A stretch of DNA of 63,810 nucleotides, counting the filler, from Reticulomyxa filosa (lineage: Eukaryota > Protista > Foraminifera): assembly GCA_000512085.1 (NCBI GenBank). It is 17 parts of 17 records of this genome, joined end to end, with 100 filler letters (N's around TTAATTAATTAA, not from the genome) between each part and the next. Parts side by side here need not be neighbours in the genome. Positions count along the whole stretch, not along the records: positions 1 to 6,016 come from ASPP01002370.1; positions 6,117 to 9,510 come from ASPP01009656.1; positions 9,611 to 12,175 come from ASPP01025949.1; positions 12,276 to 14,998 come from ASPP01002762.1; 13 more parts are not named here. One strand, written 5' to 3'. The notes beneath the pieces are model-generated. The model searched no databases, was not told the DNA's origin, and saw nothing but the letters and a program-made list of their open reading frames with translations. Positions 1-13,343 of this stretch are shown here, piece by piece. Both the position numbers and the translations under genes were made by a program. Each line of letters begins with the position of its first letter. Position 1 is the first letter of the stretch.

Positions 1-36
<36 letters not shown>

Positions 37-82
37 AGAATAAGTGCAATAAACAAAAATTGCACAATGAATATAGTATAGT

Positions 83-3000
83 ATGTATAAAGAAGCACAA
101 AAGAGTGGGAATTACAATGCATCGGAATTACGCAGAGCGTACAAAACATTGAATAACTGTTGGTTTGTGATCTTTCCGGCAAAAGTGAAAGCGCTGACAG
201 ATGCAAGCGTCGGGGGCAAATTCGGCAGTGACCAATCAATGGATTTTGCGATGGAGTATAAAGAGTTTGCTAAATACGTATACGAGTACTTACCTCGCAA
301 CGTACGCAACCTTTCCGTGTTTCGCACGCAATGGCAACAAAATGGAGTGCAAAACGGGACGCACTGGAATTGGATACCAATGCTCGTAATAAACATGCCC
401 CATCGCATTGCTACGTACTTATCCAACGACTTTGCTACAATACAAGGCCGAGTGACAAGCTTTGCGTCCATGCTCTCTTATTACATTGGCTTTTCCACCT
501 GTCGCTTATCCACTCCCATTTTGTCGTCGCTTCATTCTTTGCGACACTTAGTTATGATGTTGGCTTTTGTCATTGACATCATCTTATTCTTGTTATTCGC
601 CTTGTGCGTTATGCTTATGCACGCATTGCTCGCTATTAAGTACTTTTTTTTTTCTTTTCCCCTTCTCCTTTTTTTCTCCTTTGCTGATAACAATAAAAAT
701 ATATACGTATACGTGTGTATACGTATATATTATATGGACGCAGTTTGGAGACACGTGTGTTTGAATTGGGGATTATACGTATGCTTGGTATTAATCGAGT
801 ATCGGTTGTGAAGTTGTTGTTCTCAGAGGTATATACGTATACATATAAAATATGTACGTATATATATATTACGTACACAAAAACGTGCAGAGAAGTATGA
901 GAGAGAGAGAGAAGAGGGGAGGGGAACAAAATAATAATAAGTCATTAATGCGGTCAATCCCAGCGTGGATAGTTGGAATAATTGTCGGAGAAATCGGCGT
1001 TGTCCTATGCGTTGGATGGCTAAATCAACTAACTCGCCTGACGCTGCCCCTTATCATTACAACCAACGGCTGGTACCGTGCTGTGATGCTTGGCATCGTG
1101 GCTCCAATCTTTGCTTCCATATTTCCGATGAAACGCTCACTACAAATAAATTTACACGACGCAGTTGACGTTCAGCATCGTCAACCTGTTAAAGTTGTCG
1201 AATATACCATTGAGCGAAGCTCAGGCAGTCAGTTTTGCAACTAATATTTGTATATATATGTTAATGTATACGTATACATGTACATACATGCACTTATACG
1301 TTCATGTATGTAAGAATACCAATGCCATTACTGATAATCTCGTGTATACTCGTCATATTTGGATTTGGCATTTACTATTTCTTGCCATTGGCCTTCATCT
1401 CTAGTAATTTGTCTTTGTTGTTAAGCATGTTTTTTTTGTTGACGGTCGCAATGTTGACTGGTCTGTTGCTGGTGATGATCAACATCCAGCGTTTCGTTGA
1501 AAGATTATTTGTAGCCTTGTTATTGTTTTGGGAAAAAATACAAATCACAATTTTCATACTTCGAAATTTGGTATGTTCCCAATTGTTTTGTTTCCTTCTC
1601 TTTTGTAAAAAAAAAAAGGTGAACAACTTATCAATATCAAATAAAAACTCAGATTTCGCATAGACAAAGAAATAGTAAAACCACATTGATGTATAGCACG
1701 TCCATAGGATTTATTACAATGGTTTCGATTATGTGTCGTGTTCAAATTGTTTCAATTTCGTTATGTGTTATTTTTTATATTTTTAAAGTTTATTTAAAAG
1801 AAAACTTGGTATTACTTTTATAAATAGTCAAAGACACGTTGCTGAACATGGAGCTTACATGTTTGCAACTTTGATCGAAGAAGAGGATCTAGTCAATGAA
1901 TTAGTAGAACAATTAAACAAAATGCCTTGTATAAGCAGTTTTTCCTTCCGTCCGGATCTCTCTCTAACGTGGAGTTAATGCGCACAAAAAAGATTTTTTT
2001 ACAAATTTACGATTGTCAATTTTTTAAATACTTATTAAAAATGTGAAATTAAAATTAGAAGGTAAAAATTTTGTTCCAAATACATTATAATTTGGGAAAA
2101 CACAGCACAAGAAACCCAGGTATTTGATTACAGCAAGATAAAGTCACACAACGTGCGCGTTGAACTCTTCACACCTGACTATTCCAATACAGCTGTTAGC
2201 GACTTATTTAGTATCAACAAACAGATCAATACGCATTTGACTGTAAATCAAGTGGTATGTCCTTCGATTTCAAAAAGAGACAGAATACATATGCATTTGT
2301 AATTTATAAAGAAAAGTGCCCCTGTTTTTTACTCAGCTGTACACCGCAATGGGATCTCAGCAGTGGTTGACAAGTGCCAAATTAAAAAATGCGCTCGATT
2401 TGTCAACACTAAAGTCAAGGTTTTTTTTAAATTTAAACAGTTACAAATTTGTTATGATTGCACTGTTACTTCGGAAAAAAGTAAATATGAAACTTCAAAT
2501 TAAGATTTTTACTAATATTCTTGTGCTTTCATGAATTTAGACAAAAATTTAGTGATGCAGTCATCATCTTTCGTCAACGTTATTCCTGGATATTCCACAC
2601 TGGGAAAGAGTATTACAAGCACACCTGGAGTAGGTGTCTCATTTGCAACAGCTTTACGTTTAATGCAGTATGATGGAAATGATCTGCAGAGTGTGGAAGA
2701 CATTGGCTTGCAGTTATTTCATTGATTTTATATCTTTTTTACAATTGCCACTAGTTTCTCAAAAAAAAAGGTTTTCAAAAAACGCTTGTATGTTTTTTCG
2801 ACATCAATTTTTTAGAAATATAATTATTAAATTCAGAGCAAATACAAATGACAACGAAAAAAATGAAGTGATCCAACTTCTAGAAGAATACACTGTGTCA
2901 CAATGGGATTATCGAACCTCTGCAAGTAAAATCAACACAGTCAGTGAAATCATGGCTTTAATTTTCAACAACTCAGCATACGTTGTCTTGTTCTTGTGTC

Positions 3001-3356
3001 TTTTCAGTTTAATGGCATCAATGTATGTTAATATATTAGAGCAAACCAAAGAAATAGCAATACTGAAAAGTTTAGGCTTTACCACTTGGCAAATTTGCCG
3101 AGTGTATGCTTATGAAGCACTAATTCTGGTGCTTAGCAGTGCAATTTTAGGGATTGGAGTGGGTGCAACTGTGGGTTTTACTATGGGAGCACAAATGGCG
3201 TTGTACAACGATTATCCAATATACATTGAAATACCCTGGCAGCTGCTTCTCAATGTGGTCATTGTCTCTTTTGTTAGTGCCGTTTTATCTGTCGTTTTAC
3301 CATTACTCGACTTATCACGTAAACCAATTTCACAAATTATGAGGATAACTATTTGA
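83..3356 (+). CDS. Multi-exon FtsX/MacB-type ABC permease-domain membrane protein (5' partial)
   Basis: Two FtsX-like TM modules: 'ETRVFELGIIRMLGINRVSVVKLLFSE' (730-830) and 'NILEQTKEIAILKSLGFTTWQICRVYAYEALILVLSSAILGIGVG...PWQLL...KPISQIMR' (3030-3356). GT-AG introns link the ORF pieces. Confidence 0.85.
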
Positions 3357-5978
3357 ATTTTTGTTTTCGTTATGGTTGTTCATGTTTATTTATTCTTTCG
3401 TTATTTATACTCAATTGAATTTCATTATAAAAGCACGTTTTCAGTTATATTTAATTTATTTTATTTTTTGTTTCGCTTCGTTTCTGTAGATTTTGTCGGT
3501 ATCACACTAATTGTTTAAAAAATGTCAGTTTGAATTACTACTTTATGAAAATAATAAAATTTCCACTAAAAACAAAGGGAAGTACAAAACTGAGCTTGCT
3601 TATTGTTTTTCTGTACACACCATAAATATAAAAAAAAGAAAACCGAGGAACGTAGTGAAAGTGTTAGACCTGTTCAAACACAAACTACAAGCCAAAATAT
3701 TTTGAATTTAGTGCTTTGCAACGTCCTACAACCTTGCCAATCATTTTTACAAATATTTTTGGAGAAGTGGTTTTTATGCGAGAAATATCATTATTCAAAA
3801 CGTAAAATAACATAATCTTTAATCTTTCTATTACCACAAGTGGCAACTCCATCAAGAACAATTATTGCTTTTCTCACCGAATATAAAATATTGCGATTAA
3901 AAGATCGAAAATGCGATCAGCAGTATCGGTTTGAATGCGTTCATTTTGGAAAAATTAAAAGATATTGACAAAACATTGATTAGCTTTATATCTTTCAAAC
4001 AATTTTAAGTTAAAAAAAAATTCTTCTTTACAAGATAACTCACACCACAATCAACACCAGTTTTTCATGTCACAAAAAAAAAATTTCATCAAAATATCAA
4101 ATTTCAAAAAATTTTGCTCCTTATGAATTATGAAATCATAATAGTGCAAAAATAACCTTTTCGGTTATAAAAAACTATTTCGCATCACTGCAAAAACGAC
4201 TGTTCATCGACAAAAAAATATTTTTTACAGAATTAAAAAAACAAATACACATACAAACAAAAATCAGAAGATCATTCGTCCTCAAAGTTCACTCGGACGA
4301 ACGTGACAGTATGCTCATCATACAAAAAACCAAGTTTTACAAGTAAAATACTTTATCTTTGCAAGGCTGCTGTTCTTGCTTTGATTGTTTTCTACTTGAA
4401 AAACCAAATTACTTGCAGTGCAAAGACAAATGCGAAATATTTGTTTTGCATTTAAAAAAAACAAAGAAAACGAACAGAAAAACAAGTGTAAATCAAAAAA
4501 ACTCAGCTGACGACCTTGTAAAAAGGATAAACAACTTTTAAGCAAAAAATGTTTTAAGTCTTTTTTGCAAAAAATTTGTATGATTACATGTTTATTTGCC
4601 GTTTTATCAATTTTTTTACGACAGTACTTGCTGTAATGATGCCACGTAGCAAAGACTTTGTCATAAAAGCACTTTTTAAAAACAGTTGCATTCTTTGTAT
4701 CATTTGCATTATTTATTGTCAACATCATATTTTGTACAAATAAGATACGCAATAAAAAAATTGATATTGCTATCTGTCTGTGTAATAATCTCATGTTATC
4801 TTTTGATATTTTCAACTCCTTTTCGCTTGAGAATATCTTAGACGACGCGAGATGAAAATGAACTTTTAATATGACCGTCAAACAACTTGTTGCTTCTGTC
4901 GTCTTTAAGCCGGTCACTGACATAAAACAGTTTTTTTTGCAACTAGGCTATTTTTTGTTGTTTTCTATCTTGCAGCATGGACAAAACTAGAAACTGAAAA
5001 GTTGACAACGACTGTAACACGTTATTGTATTGCAAGAAACTTTCAACTGATTTATTTTTTATTGCTCTGTTGATGATATCGAGTATGTGCTTTTTATATT
5101 TTGCATACGGTGTGTTTACATGCGGTCTTTCTGGCCATTACATTGTTTGGCAATACTTGAGCACTGACAACCAAAGCTAAGCAGTAACTACCTTTTCTTC
5201 AAAATTTCTACGTATATCTTCAATGAATCTTGCATGTTTTGTTTTTGAATTATTGTTCATTTTCCTTGCAACGTTGCAATTCACGTTAAGCCTACAGTTT
5301 GAAATACACTGTGTATGCGACCAAATCTAAACACTTGTACGTCTTCAAGAGGTGCACATACAAAGGGTTGAAGTTTTTTTCCCCCTCCTCCCTTCCCCTC
5401 TAAAAAAAACGGGCCAACAACAATTCCATTAAAAGCTGTACTGCACTACCAGAGTCACTCATCAAAGAGCCCCTAAACACGCGTTTACAAAACAATGGAA
5501 GACAAAATTCAGGTAAGTGGAGCCGATATCCTGATTGAGTGTTGTGCAGACACGAAACTTTCTAGAAAAGATGTTTTGACATGCAAAAAAAAAATAAAAA
5601 AAAAAAAAAAAAACAAAACAAAAAAAAACATTAACAATAAAAAATTTGGACATTGGAAATAAAACTTGGTCCGTGTGGATGGTTGTAACTTGTGATCCAT
5701 TGGGATGTTGTGCGCACAACTATGGTATGTGGATGTGTGTTGTGACAACAAAAGAAGAAGAAGAGAAGAACAAGGGCAACTAGCAACTGGTAACAAAAAA
5801 TACAGAAAAATTGTGTTTCGATGTTGATTGGATCAATTTGTTTTGCGGATCTCGCAGAAACCATTCAAACCCAGCTTTGTGAGTGACAATCCAGAGTATG
5901 ATGGGGCACATCGAGCACAGCCTCAGCAGCAGCAACAGTCTGTCAACACATTATCATTTACCAAAACATTTGTGGTAT

Positions 5979-6016
<38 letters not shown>

Positions 6017-6116
6017 NNNNNNNNNNNNNNNNNNNNNNNNNNNNNNNNNNNNNNNNNNNNTTAATTAATTAANNNNNNNNNNNNNNNNNNNNNNNNNNNN
6101 NNNNNNNNNNNNNNNN
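6017..6116. other. Artificial contig linker N44-TTAATTAATTAA-N44 (first of 16; others start at 9511, 12176, 14999, 19106, 21388, 24517, 29298, 31388, 32975, 40536, 41642, 46991, 50334, 52536, 53958)
   Basis: Identical 100-bp units whose core gives stop codons in all six frames; genes are truncated at these linkers. Confidence 0.98.
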
Positions 6117-7270
6117 TTTTTGTGGTGTGGTGACTTGTCTCGTATGAAAACTAAGAGTAAATACGCAAAAATGAATGACGTATATACTTGTAATATAATC
6201 TATGAAAAGAAAGTTCCAACAAAATTCGGGGACAAAAGAAAATAATTTTGAGAATCAAAACTTTTTTCCTCCCAGTTCCAAAACAACAGGGATCAAATGT
6301 TTTGCAGCTGCTTCAGAAACAATTTTTCCGACGTGGCAACTGCCAGTGTAAAATATAATACCAAATTTTTGCTTCAAAATCTCCTGGTTTTGAGATACGC
6401 CACCCAAGACTACTTGATAACATTCTTCATCTAAATATTTCGGAAGCAGTTCTTTTACAAGTAATGCGACATTGTTAGTTATCTCTGACCTTTTTTTTTT
6501 AATTTACAAAAAAAAAATATGCATACAAATATATATGCATATATCCAGTTAGTTAATGTAAGTCAATAGCAAATAGCAAAAAAAAAACAACATACGGTCG
6601 AAGCACCACAGTGCATCCAGCAGCGATGGCTCCTGCAAAAGGAGCAAACAGGACCTGGACAGGGAAATTCCAGGTTGACATTATCAACGCGCATCCTCGA
6701 GGAGTGCTATGAAGCTTGTATAGTAATTATGCAAATGTACACAGTGGATTGTTGGATTTTAAAAAAAAAAAATCCTTTGAACACAACTGAGCAGGCAAAC
6801 AAAAACAAAAACAAAAAAAAAGAGGGAAAATTTGGATACTTCTCCAGTGTCAGTAAGGAATGCAGGAGGCGACGATACTTTCTTCGGTTCCATCAATTTA
6901 TCTAGATTGTTGTGGAGATAGGAAATTTCCGATAAGACGTAAGAAATTTCTGTACTGACCACTTCATTGTATGGCCTATGCATATGACTTTGGATACGTT
7001 TCACCCATTCTTCTTGATTTTCTTCTATCATTTTGTGAAGTTGCATAAGCTGCTTTTTGCGAAATTCCGCAGGCAGGGTTTTCCCTTTCTTGAATGCTTC
7101 TTGACAAGACTTCACGATCTATTTGATCATCACCGGCGTGTGCTCAAAGTTACGCGTAGTCAAGCAAATCACCAAAAACATTATTACCACAAAACTTTTG
7201 GTATATCTGTAAGCGGAGTTTCTGCAATTGACGCATTTTTATCAATTGTCACACCAAGAGACCTGCTCAT
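6117..7270 (-). CDS. Aldehyde dehydrogenase, ALDH3/fatty-aldehyde type (multi-exon, 3' partial)
   Basis: ATG at 7270 (MSRSLGVTID...). Exons give 'GKTLPAEFRKKQLMQL', 'PRGCALIMSTWNFPVQVLFAPFAGAIAAGCTVVLRP', 'SE', 'IFYTGSCHVGKIVSEAAAKHLIPVVLELGGK', the ALDH NAD-binding and catalytic Glu motifs. Confidence 0.93.
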
Positions 7271-7794
7271 GTTTGTTGCGTTCACTCAAATCAAAAAGAT
7301 TTTTCCTTATGAACTTTGAGACACTTCTTGTTCAAAAAAACTACCTGTAGAACAAAGAACAGTACATTCATCAACCAAGGCGAGACCAAAAAAATGTGTA
7401 TACTCTACACCTTGTTTAATATTTTTCCTTTTTTCAATCTTGGTCAGTCTTACTATTATTTAATTGTCCGTCGTTTTGGTACTCTATGAATTGAAATTAT
7501 GTAAGATAAAAATGATAAAAATTTCTGGAAGAGAAAATACATCGAGACAAGAGAAACAACAAGTCACAAAGGTTTTGAATCACAACAAAAGTACGGAGTG
7601 CTCATTCCCAAATAATTTATTATGACAGTGCAAGTAAGGAAGGCAGCCAAAAAAACAAAGCCAACACTCAACCCACAAACGATGTACCAACACCCCATCA
7701 CACTGAAAAAGTTTATCTATTATGAAGTGTTATATATCGCTTTTTTGTATTTACTTCCCAAACTTGCAAAGCTTATTTTGGACATTAATTTTCT

Positions 7795-9390
7795 TTACAC
7801 ATTTGGTCTGAGTTCTCCACCCAAAGTCGAGGCAGTAGCGCGTGCATTGACTCTTTCTGGATCATAAGTTCGTGCCCTTGTAAGAGCTATATCATTGCGC
7901 TCTTTGTTCTGTTTCTTCGTCTTATCAACCATTATCGGACATTGTGCCATGATTTGCCAAAGGCGACGACTTACTTGCCTTTTTTTTTTTTTTTTTTTTT
8001 TATAATTAACCAAATGTAACACAATATACCGACAATTTTTTATTAAAAAAAAAAATAATTGAAAAGAAGAAACAATAATAAACTTCAGTCCAGCCTCTGG
8101 AAACGGTGAAACGTCAATGAATTCATCCGGGGAATGTTGTTCCTTATTTGCTTTGACCTGTTCAATTGCGGTCTTGACAAGCTCAGTAGCCGTATCGGAC
8201 ACTTCACGAGGTATTTTTCCTCCAGACACTGATTTATGGGCCTTGGCAATGATTTTTTCAAAGCATAGCAAAAAGCCCTCTCTACTTTCTAAGAAATAGC
8301 GACAGATTTTGAAAATGACCGCGTGATAACACTCCATGCCAGGAGACTCGAGCAGCCCCTCCAAGTAATTTGCGGCCACTTTTGCGTACGAATCAAAAAA
8401 GTGAGTGGTCAGCATAGGACAGATTTCTCTCAAAAACGAGTCCTCTTCAATAGTGGTACGACTTTTGGCCAATTCGCGGAACTTGTGGCTCAATTTTTTA
8501 CTGAATACACTCAACATTTCCGCAAGTCTGCGGAACAGTCGCGGCAAATCGGTTAGTTTTTCCGGAGAGTGACGACTGTGATAACAAATATAGGGCAATA
8601 TCGACAGCAATGCCAACAATGGCCTTAAATTGGTGCGGTCCATTATATTATCCATTTTTGTTATCAACGCATCTTTCATCATGTTGAAGCACATGTCTTC
8701 AATTCGAGGTCTTAAAAATCCCTTTTGCATTTTTTTTTTATAAAGATTATAGACATTTGACACACATATGTACGTATATACATGTGTATATACAAATATG
8801 TATGTACATATTACTTGTAATAAGTATTGTTGTACTCCTTCGAAACGTGGAGTCCACTCTTCACAGTAATTCCAAAAGTTTTCTGGCAATCCATCTCTTT
8901 CCACGGCTTCCATTTGCATTTCTATTTCCATGGCAGCGTTTTGCTTTCTCGCGTCCTCGTCGTTGTAAGCCATGTCATCCATTGGTATGGCATAGGAAGT
9001 GTCCACGAAATCGGGGTCGTTGCTTTCTTGCGTGAACGAGCGATTTGGCTTTTCAACCAACGAGTGCGTCGAAAGATTGAGGTGATTGGCTTCGATAAGT
9101 TCTGCTTGTGGGGTGTCGACGTTTCTGTCTTGCTTTTCATCGTGTTCTGTTGACACAGAGATGAGCATTTTCACTGGCGACTGCTGCGGCGTGTCCAGGG
9201 CCTTTGTCTCCTCTGCGACCTCGTCCTTGCTCTTTTCGTCAATTTCCAATTGCAAAGCTTGTTGAGTGTCGTCTCTTTCGGTCACTTTCCTGTCTTCATC
9301 CCTGGTTTCCCAATCGCTTTCCATTTCCACAAAGTACTGTGGGTTTTGGGCTGGGTCCAGGTTCAGTCCAACCAATTCCAAACCTGTATA
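7795..9390 (-). CDS. C-terminal part of a Furry/TAO3/MOR2-PAG1 family protein (5' partial, introns)
   Basis: 'PRFEGVQQYLLQ|GFLRPRIE', 'RPLLALLSILPYI' and 'FLREICPMLTTHFF...YLEGLLE' resemble the MOR2-PAG1 C-terminal region; helical-repeat character. Confidence 0.6.
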   Translation of the reverse strand, partial: YTGLELVGLNLDPAQNPQYFVEMESDWETRDEDRKVTERDDTQQALQLEIDEKSKDEVAEETKALDTPQQSPVKMLISVSTEHDEKQDRNVDTPQAELIEANHLNLSTHSLVEKPNRSFTQESNDPDFVDTSYAIPMDDMAYNDEDARKQNAAMEIEMQMEAVERDGLPENFWNYCEEWTPRFEGVQQYLLQVICTYIFVYTHVYTYICVSNVYNLYKKKMQKGFLRPRIEDMCFNMMKDALITKMDNIMDRTNLRPLLALLSILPYICYHSRHSPEKLTDLPRLFRRLAEMLSVFSKKLSHKFRELAKSRTTIEEDSFLREICPMLTTHFFDSYAKVAANYLEGLLESPGMECYHAVIFKICRYFLESREGFLLCFEKIIAKAHKSVSGGKIPREVSDTATELVKTAIEQVKANKEQHSPDEFIDVSPFPEAGLKFIIVSSFQLFFFLIKNCRYIVLHLVNYKKKKKKKRQVSRRLWQIMAQCPIMVDKTKKQNKERNDIALTRARTYDPERVNARATASTLGGELRPNV

Positions 9391-9449
9391 ACACAACAAC
9401 AACACCATTGAAGAATTTGATTTTCAAAGCTATTAAAAAAGGTTATAAT

Positions 9450-9502
<53 letters not shown>

Positions 9503-9510
9503 ATATATAA
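9450..9510. repeat. (TA)n microsatellite at contig end
   Basis: Run of tatata... directly before the linker. Confidence 0.9.
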
Positions 9511-9649
9511 NNNNNNNNNNNNNNNNNNNNNNNNNNNNNNNNNNNNNNNNNNNNTTAATTAATTAANNNNNNNNNNNNNNNNNNNNNNNNNNNNNNNNNN
9601 NNNNNNNNNNAAAATATTGTAAAACAAGCACCTCACTCAAAATTGAATA

Positions 9650-10198
9650 CAGTATTGTATCATGTTCATTTGACCAAACAATTCGAATTTGGAATATAAA
9701 TTCTGGAAAAGAAATAAAAAGATTATAAGGACATTTACATTGGTTATATGATGTACAATTTTCACCTGATGGTCAAAAACTTGTATCATCGTGTAATGAT
9801 GGAACAATTGGAATATGGGATATAGAATCAGGTAAAATATTGAATACATTACAAGGTCATGAAAAAACTGTAGTAAGAGCATTATTTTCTCCAGATGGAT
9901 TATTTATTGCTCATGTTCAGTTGATAGTACAGCTAGATTATGGGATGTTAAATCTGGAAAAGAATTAAAAAAATTGGAAGGACATTTAAATACTATAATG
10001 GATATTACATTTTTACCAGATGGTTTAACTTTTATATCTTGTTCAAAAGATGGTACAATTCGATTATGGGATGTAAAATCAGGACAAGAAATACAAAAAT
10101 TACATGAAAATCGAATGTATTTAGGTTTAGACATTTCATTAGATGGTACAACTATTTTATCATCTGCAGATAATGGAACAATTCAATTATGGGGATAA
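9650..10198 (+). pseudogene. 3' end of a WD40-repeat gene with an in-frame stop and a frameshift
   Basis: 'SCSFDQTIRIWN...RL*GHLHWLYDVQFSPDGQ', frameshift near 9910, then 'GHLNTIMDITFLPDG...IRLWD'. Confidence 0.8.
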
Positions 10199-10363
10199 AA
10201 TATTACAAAAATGATAAATAAGATATTCTATTCTTTAAAAATTATTTCCTTTAATTTTCTTTTCAAATAGTAAAACTTTCTTTTTACAAGTTTTAAAAAG
10301 TAAACTCTTTCTGGGTCCCTATCAAAAGAAAAAAACTTTGTGTGTGTGAAACACGTCATAAAC

Positions 10364-12175
10364 ATGAGTGATGCTAAGGAAGATAAAATAAAAGAAGGAT
10401 ATCAACCTAATACGACTTTAGCTTCTTTTGAACAGCAGACATGCTTTGATAAAAATTGGGTTTTGCAGTTAAATCAACAAGAAGTAATTAATCATTGCAT
10501 TTGTCTAATTTGTAAACAAGTTGCCAACAATCCAGTTGAAATCAATTGTCTACAACATGAAGATATGGATGAAACATTAATTGCAGGAGAGAATTGTTTG
10601 AAACAATTTCTTATCAATAACAATAATACATGTCCAGTACAACCTCATGATAATTGTCAATATTCCATAATTAGACCAATGAAACGACAGATTAATGATT
10701 TAACTGTAATATGTCCAAGACAATTTCAACAAGAATTACAAACATCTGAAAGAAATGGAGAAGGACAAATGTCTGAATATATGACAACGATGTGTGATTT
10801 CAAAGGAAAAATAAAAGATTTGAATGATCATTTGAATAAATCATGTTCTTTGAAATTATCACAATGTTGGTTTAAACTATTTGGATGTAATCATTGTTGT
10901 CTAGAACAAGAATTAAAAAATCACTTAATTACAGCAATGAAATATCATTTTGATTTAGTTATGAAGAATTTACATTGACGCAACAGACCATTCAACGATT
11001 ACAAGTTAGATATATTCTTTTTCTAAGATCTTTTTAGGAAAAAAATAAATATATAGGAAGAAACAAGACAACTGCAACTTGAAAATGAAAGATTAAAAAA
11101 AGAAATGGAATTAAACGAAAAAAGACAATATGAAGAGGTTTTAAAGATACTTAATGAAAATTCTACTTTGAAGCAACAACTATTGCAACAACAGCAAGAC
11201 ATTCTCAATTTCAATGATCATCAGGTATTTTTGCATAATAATCGATAAAAACAAAACAAAAAAAAAAGCAAACATAAATAATATTATAATAAATATTTTT
11301 AATAGAAAACACTTCTCACTGAAATTGAAAAATTAAAACAAGAAATAAAATCCAAAGATGAAATAATTTTGGAAAAGGAAAATGAAATAAAACAACAGAA
11401 AGAGAAAATTAATAATGAACAAAAAGAAAATAATAATAATAATAATAATGACAAATCAACATCTATTTTTGATAAATTTCGTTCATCATCCAAATTACTT
11501 AAAACATTTGAAGGACAAATAGGTAATGTATGGAGTATCGATTTATCAACATTTGATGATGATCAATTCATTTGTTCTGGAGGTGGTTGGGGATTTCTTT
11601 TGTGGAATGTGGAAACTACCAAACAAATACAAAAATTTAAAGAAGGCTCATGTTATATGAATTATACAAAATTCTCACCATATCATTATCATAATTATCA
11701 TCGCAAGGTAATTTGTTCTTCACAAAATAATAAAACAATTTGTCTTTGGGATATCAAAAATGACAAACCATTTCAAAAATTTCATGGACACTCTGATAAT
11801 GTTTTTGGTATTGAATTTTCTCCATTTAATAATGGTCGATATTTATGTTCTGGATCTGTTGACAAAACTATTCGTTTATGGGATATTGAAACATCTCAAT
11901 CATTATATAATTTCATTGGACATACACGTAGTGTTTGGTGCGTTGAATTTTCACCATTACAAAGTAATAACAATAATAAAGTCAGTAGTATTGGTGTAAT
12001 TGGTGGTAATGGATATACTATTTGTTCTGGATCTGGTGATGATACTATTTGTATATGGGACATTGAAACTACTAAACAATCAATTATTTTTAAAGGACAT
12101 CAAGATACAGTAAGAAGTGTAAAATATGGAACAAATGAATTAGGAATTAATGGTAGTGCAAATACAATATTATCT
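10364..12175 (+). CDS. RING-like/TRAF zinc finger + coiled coil + WD40 protein (3' partial; one 1-nt frameshift near 10970)
   Basis: 'CLICKQVANNPVEINC', 'CDFKGKIKDLNDHLNKSC', 'CWFKLFGCNH' and 'HL...MKYHFDLV' (TRAF zinc fingers), Q/E/K-rich coil, then GH...WD repeats. Confidence 0.85.
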
Positions 12176-12275
12176 NNNNNNNNNNNNNNNNNNNNNNNNN
12201 NNNNNNNNNNNNNNNNNNNTTAATTAATTAANNNNNNNNNNNNNNNNNNNNNNNNNNNNNNNNNNNNNNNNNNNN

Positions 12276-13343
12276 ATATCCCACAAACGAACACTTTCAT
12301 CATCTGATCCAGATAATACTGTATTTAATAATTCATTAGATCCATATTTTACAGTATCAACATCATCTTCATGTCCTTTGAGTACAATTAATTGCTTGGT
12401 CGTTTCAATATCCCAAACACAAATGGTTGTATCATATGATCCAGAACAAATTGTATATCCATTTCCACCAATCACACCAATGCCATTACTTTCACTGTTG
12501 TTATTGCCATTTGTTTGTAATGGCGAAATATCCAAACATCGAACACAATTTTTATGTCCATTGAAAACGTGTAAAGATTTGTATGTTTCAACATCCCATA
12601 AATGGATAGTATTATCACCAGATCCAGAACACAAATACCTACCACCACTAAATGGTGAAAATTCAATGCCACAAACATAATTTTTGTGTTTATTGAGTAT
12701 TTTCACTTGTTGATTATTTTTGAAGTCCCAAAAACGAATTGTATGATCGAGCGATGAAGAGCAAATGACATTTTGACGATAATAACGATAGTGATATTGT
12801 GAAAACTTTACACAAAACACATTTCTTGAATGTTCATTGAATAATTGAATTTGTTTGTTGCTGTCAACATCCCATGCACGAACTTTTGCATCACTTGATC
12901 CAGAACATATTAAGTTGTTGCCATCAAATGTCGAATAATCAATACCCAACACATAATCAGTATGTCCACAAAAAGTCTTGAGTAATTTAGATGATGAACG
13001 AAACGTGTCAAGCATGAACACTGTAGCAGCCTGTGTTAATAGTTATTATAATAAATAAATAGTTGAATATTTTACCATTTTAAATACAAAAATAAAATGC
13101 AATAAAGTATAACATATTTGATAACAATCTTGTCAAAATCATTAATCCATCCTAATTTAATATTTAATACTCGAATCCAATATTTAATAGTTATTTTAAC
13201 TTCATCTTCTTCTGACGGATATATCTTAAATCACATACAATCAAATCTTAAAAGACAACTGGCTTTTTGAAGAATATGCTTGAAATGAAACTTACAACTG
13301 GTGCGTATGTTGAAGTCACTTTTTTACTGGGAGAATTGCCCAT
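12276..13343 (-). CDS. WD40-repeat protein with a possible N-myristoylation start (3' partial)
   Basis: ATG at 13343 gives MGNSPS. Linker exon 'IIKYWIRVLNIKLGWINDFDKIVIKY'-like, then GH...WD repeats paralogous to 11369-12175. Confidence 0.88.

Noticed and set aside
1-35. Poly-T at the window start as a retroposon tail
   Set aside because: Poly-T/A tracts are common in introns here and at many contig ends, where assembly breaks.
3400-5450. ORF 4318-4923 (201 aa) and neighbouring ORFs
   Set aside because: K/F/I/L-rich translations typical of AT-rich intergenic DNA, with no motifs.
5495-6016. Possible gene start (MEDKIQ, poly-Q piece)
   Set aside because: No consistent splice path or family could be established before the contig ends.
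6061-6072. Recurring palindrome TTAATTAATTAA as a biological repeat or CRISPR-like element
   Set aside because: Always centred in exactly 44+44 Ns and gives six-frame stops, so it is an assembly linker. Gene adjacency across linkers is meaningless.
9724-9730. In-frame TAA codons in WD40 and TPR repeats as stop-codon reassignment
   Set aside because: They co-occur with frameshifts and replace different residues. TAA, TAG and TGA all terminate intact genes in this window.
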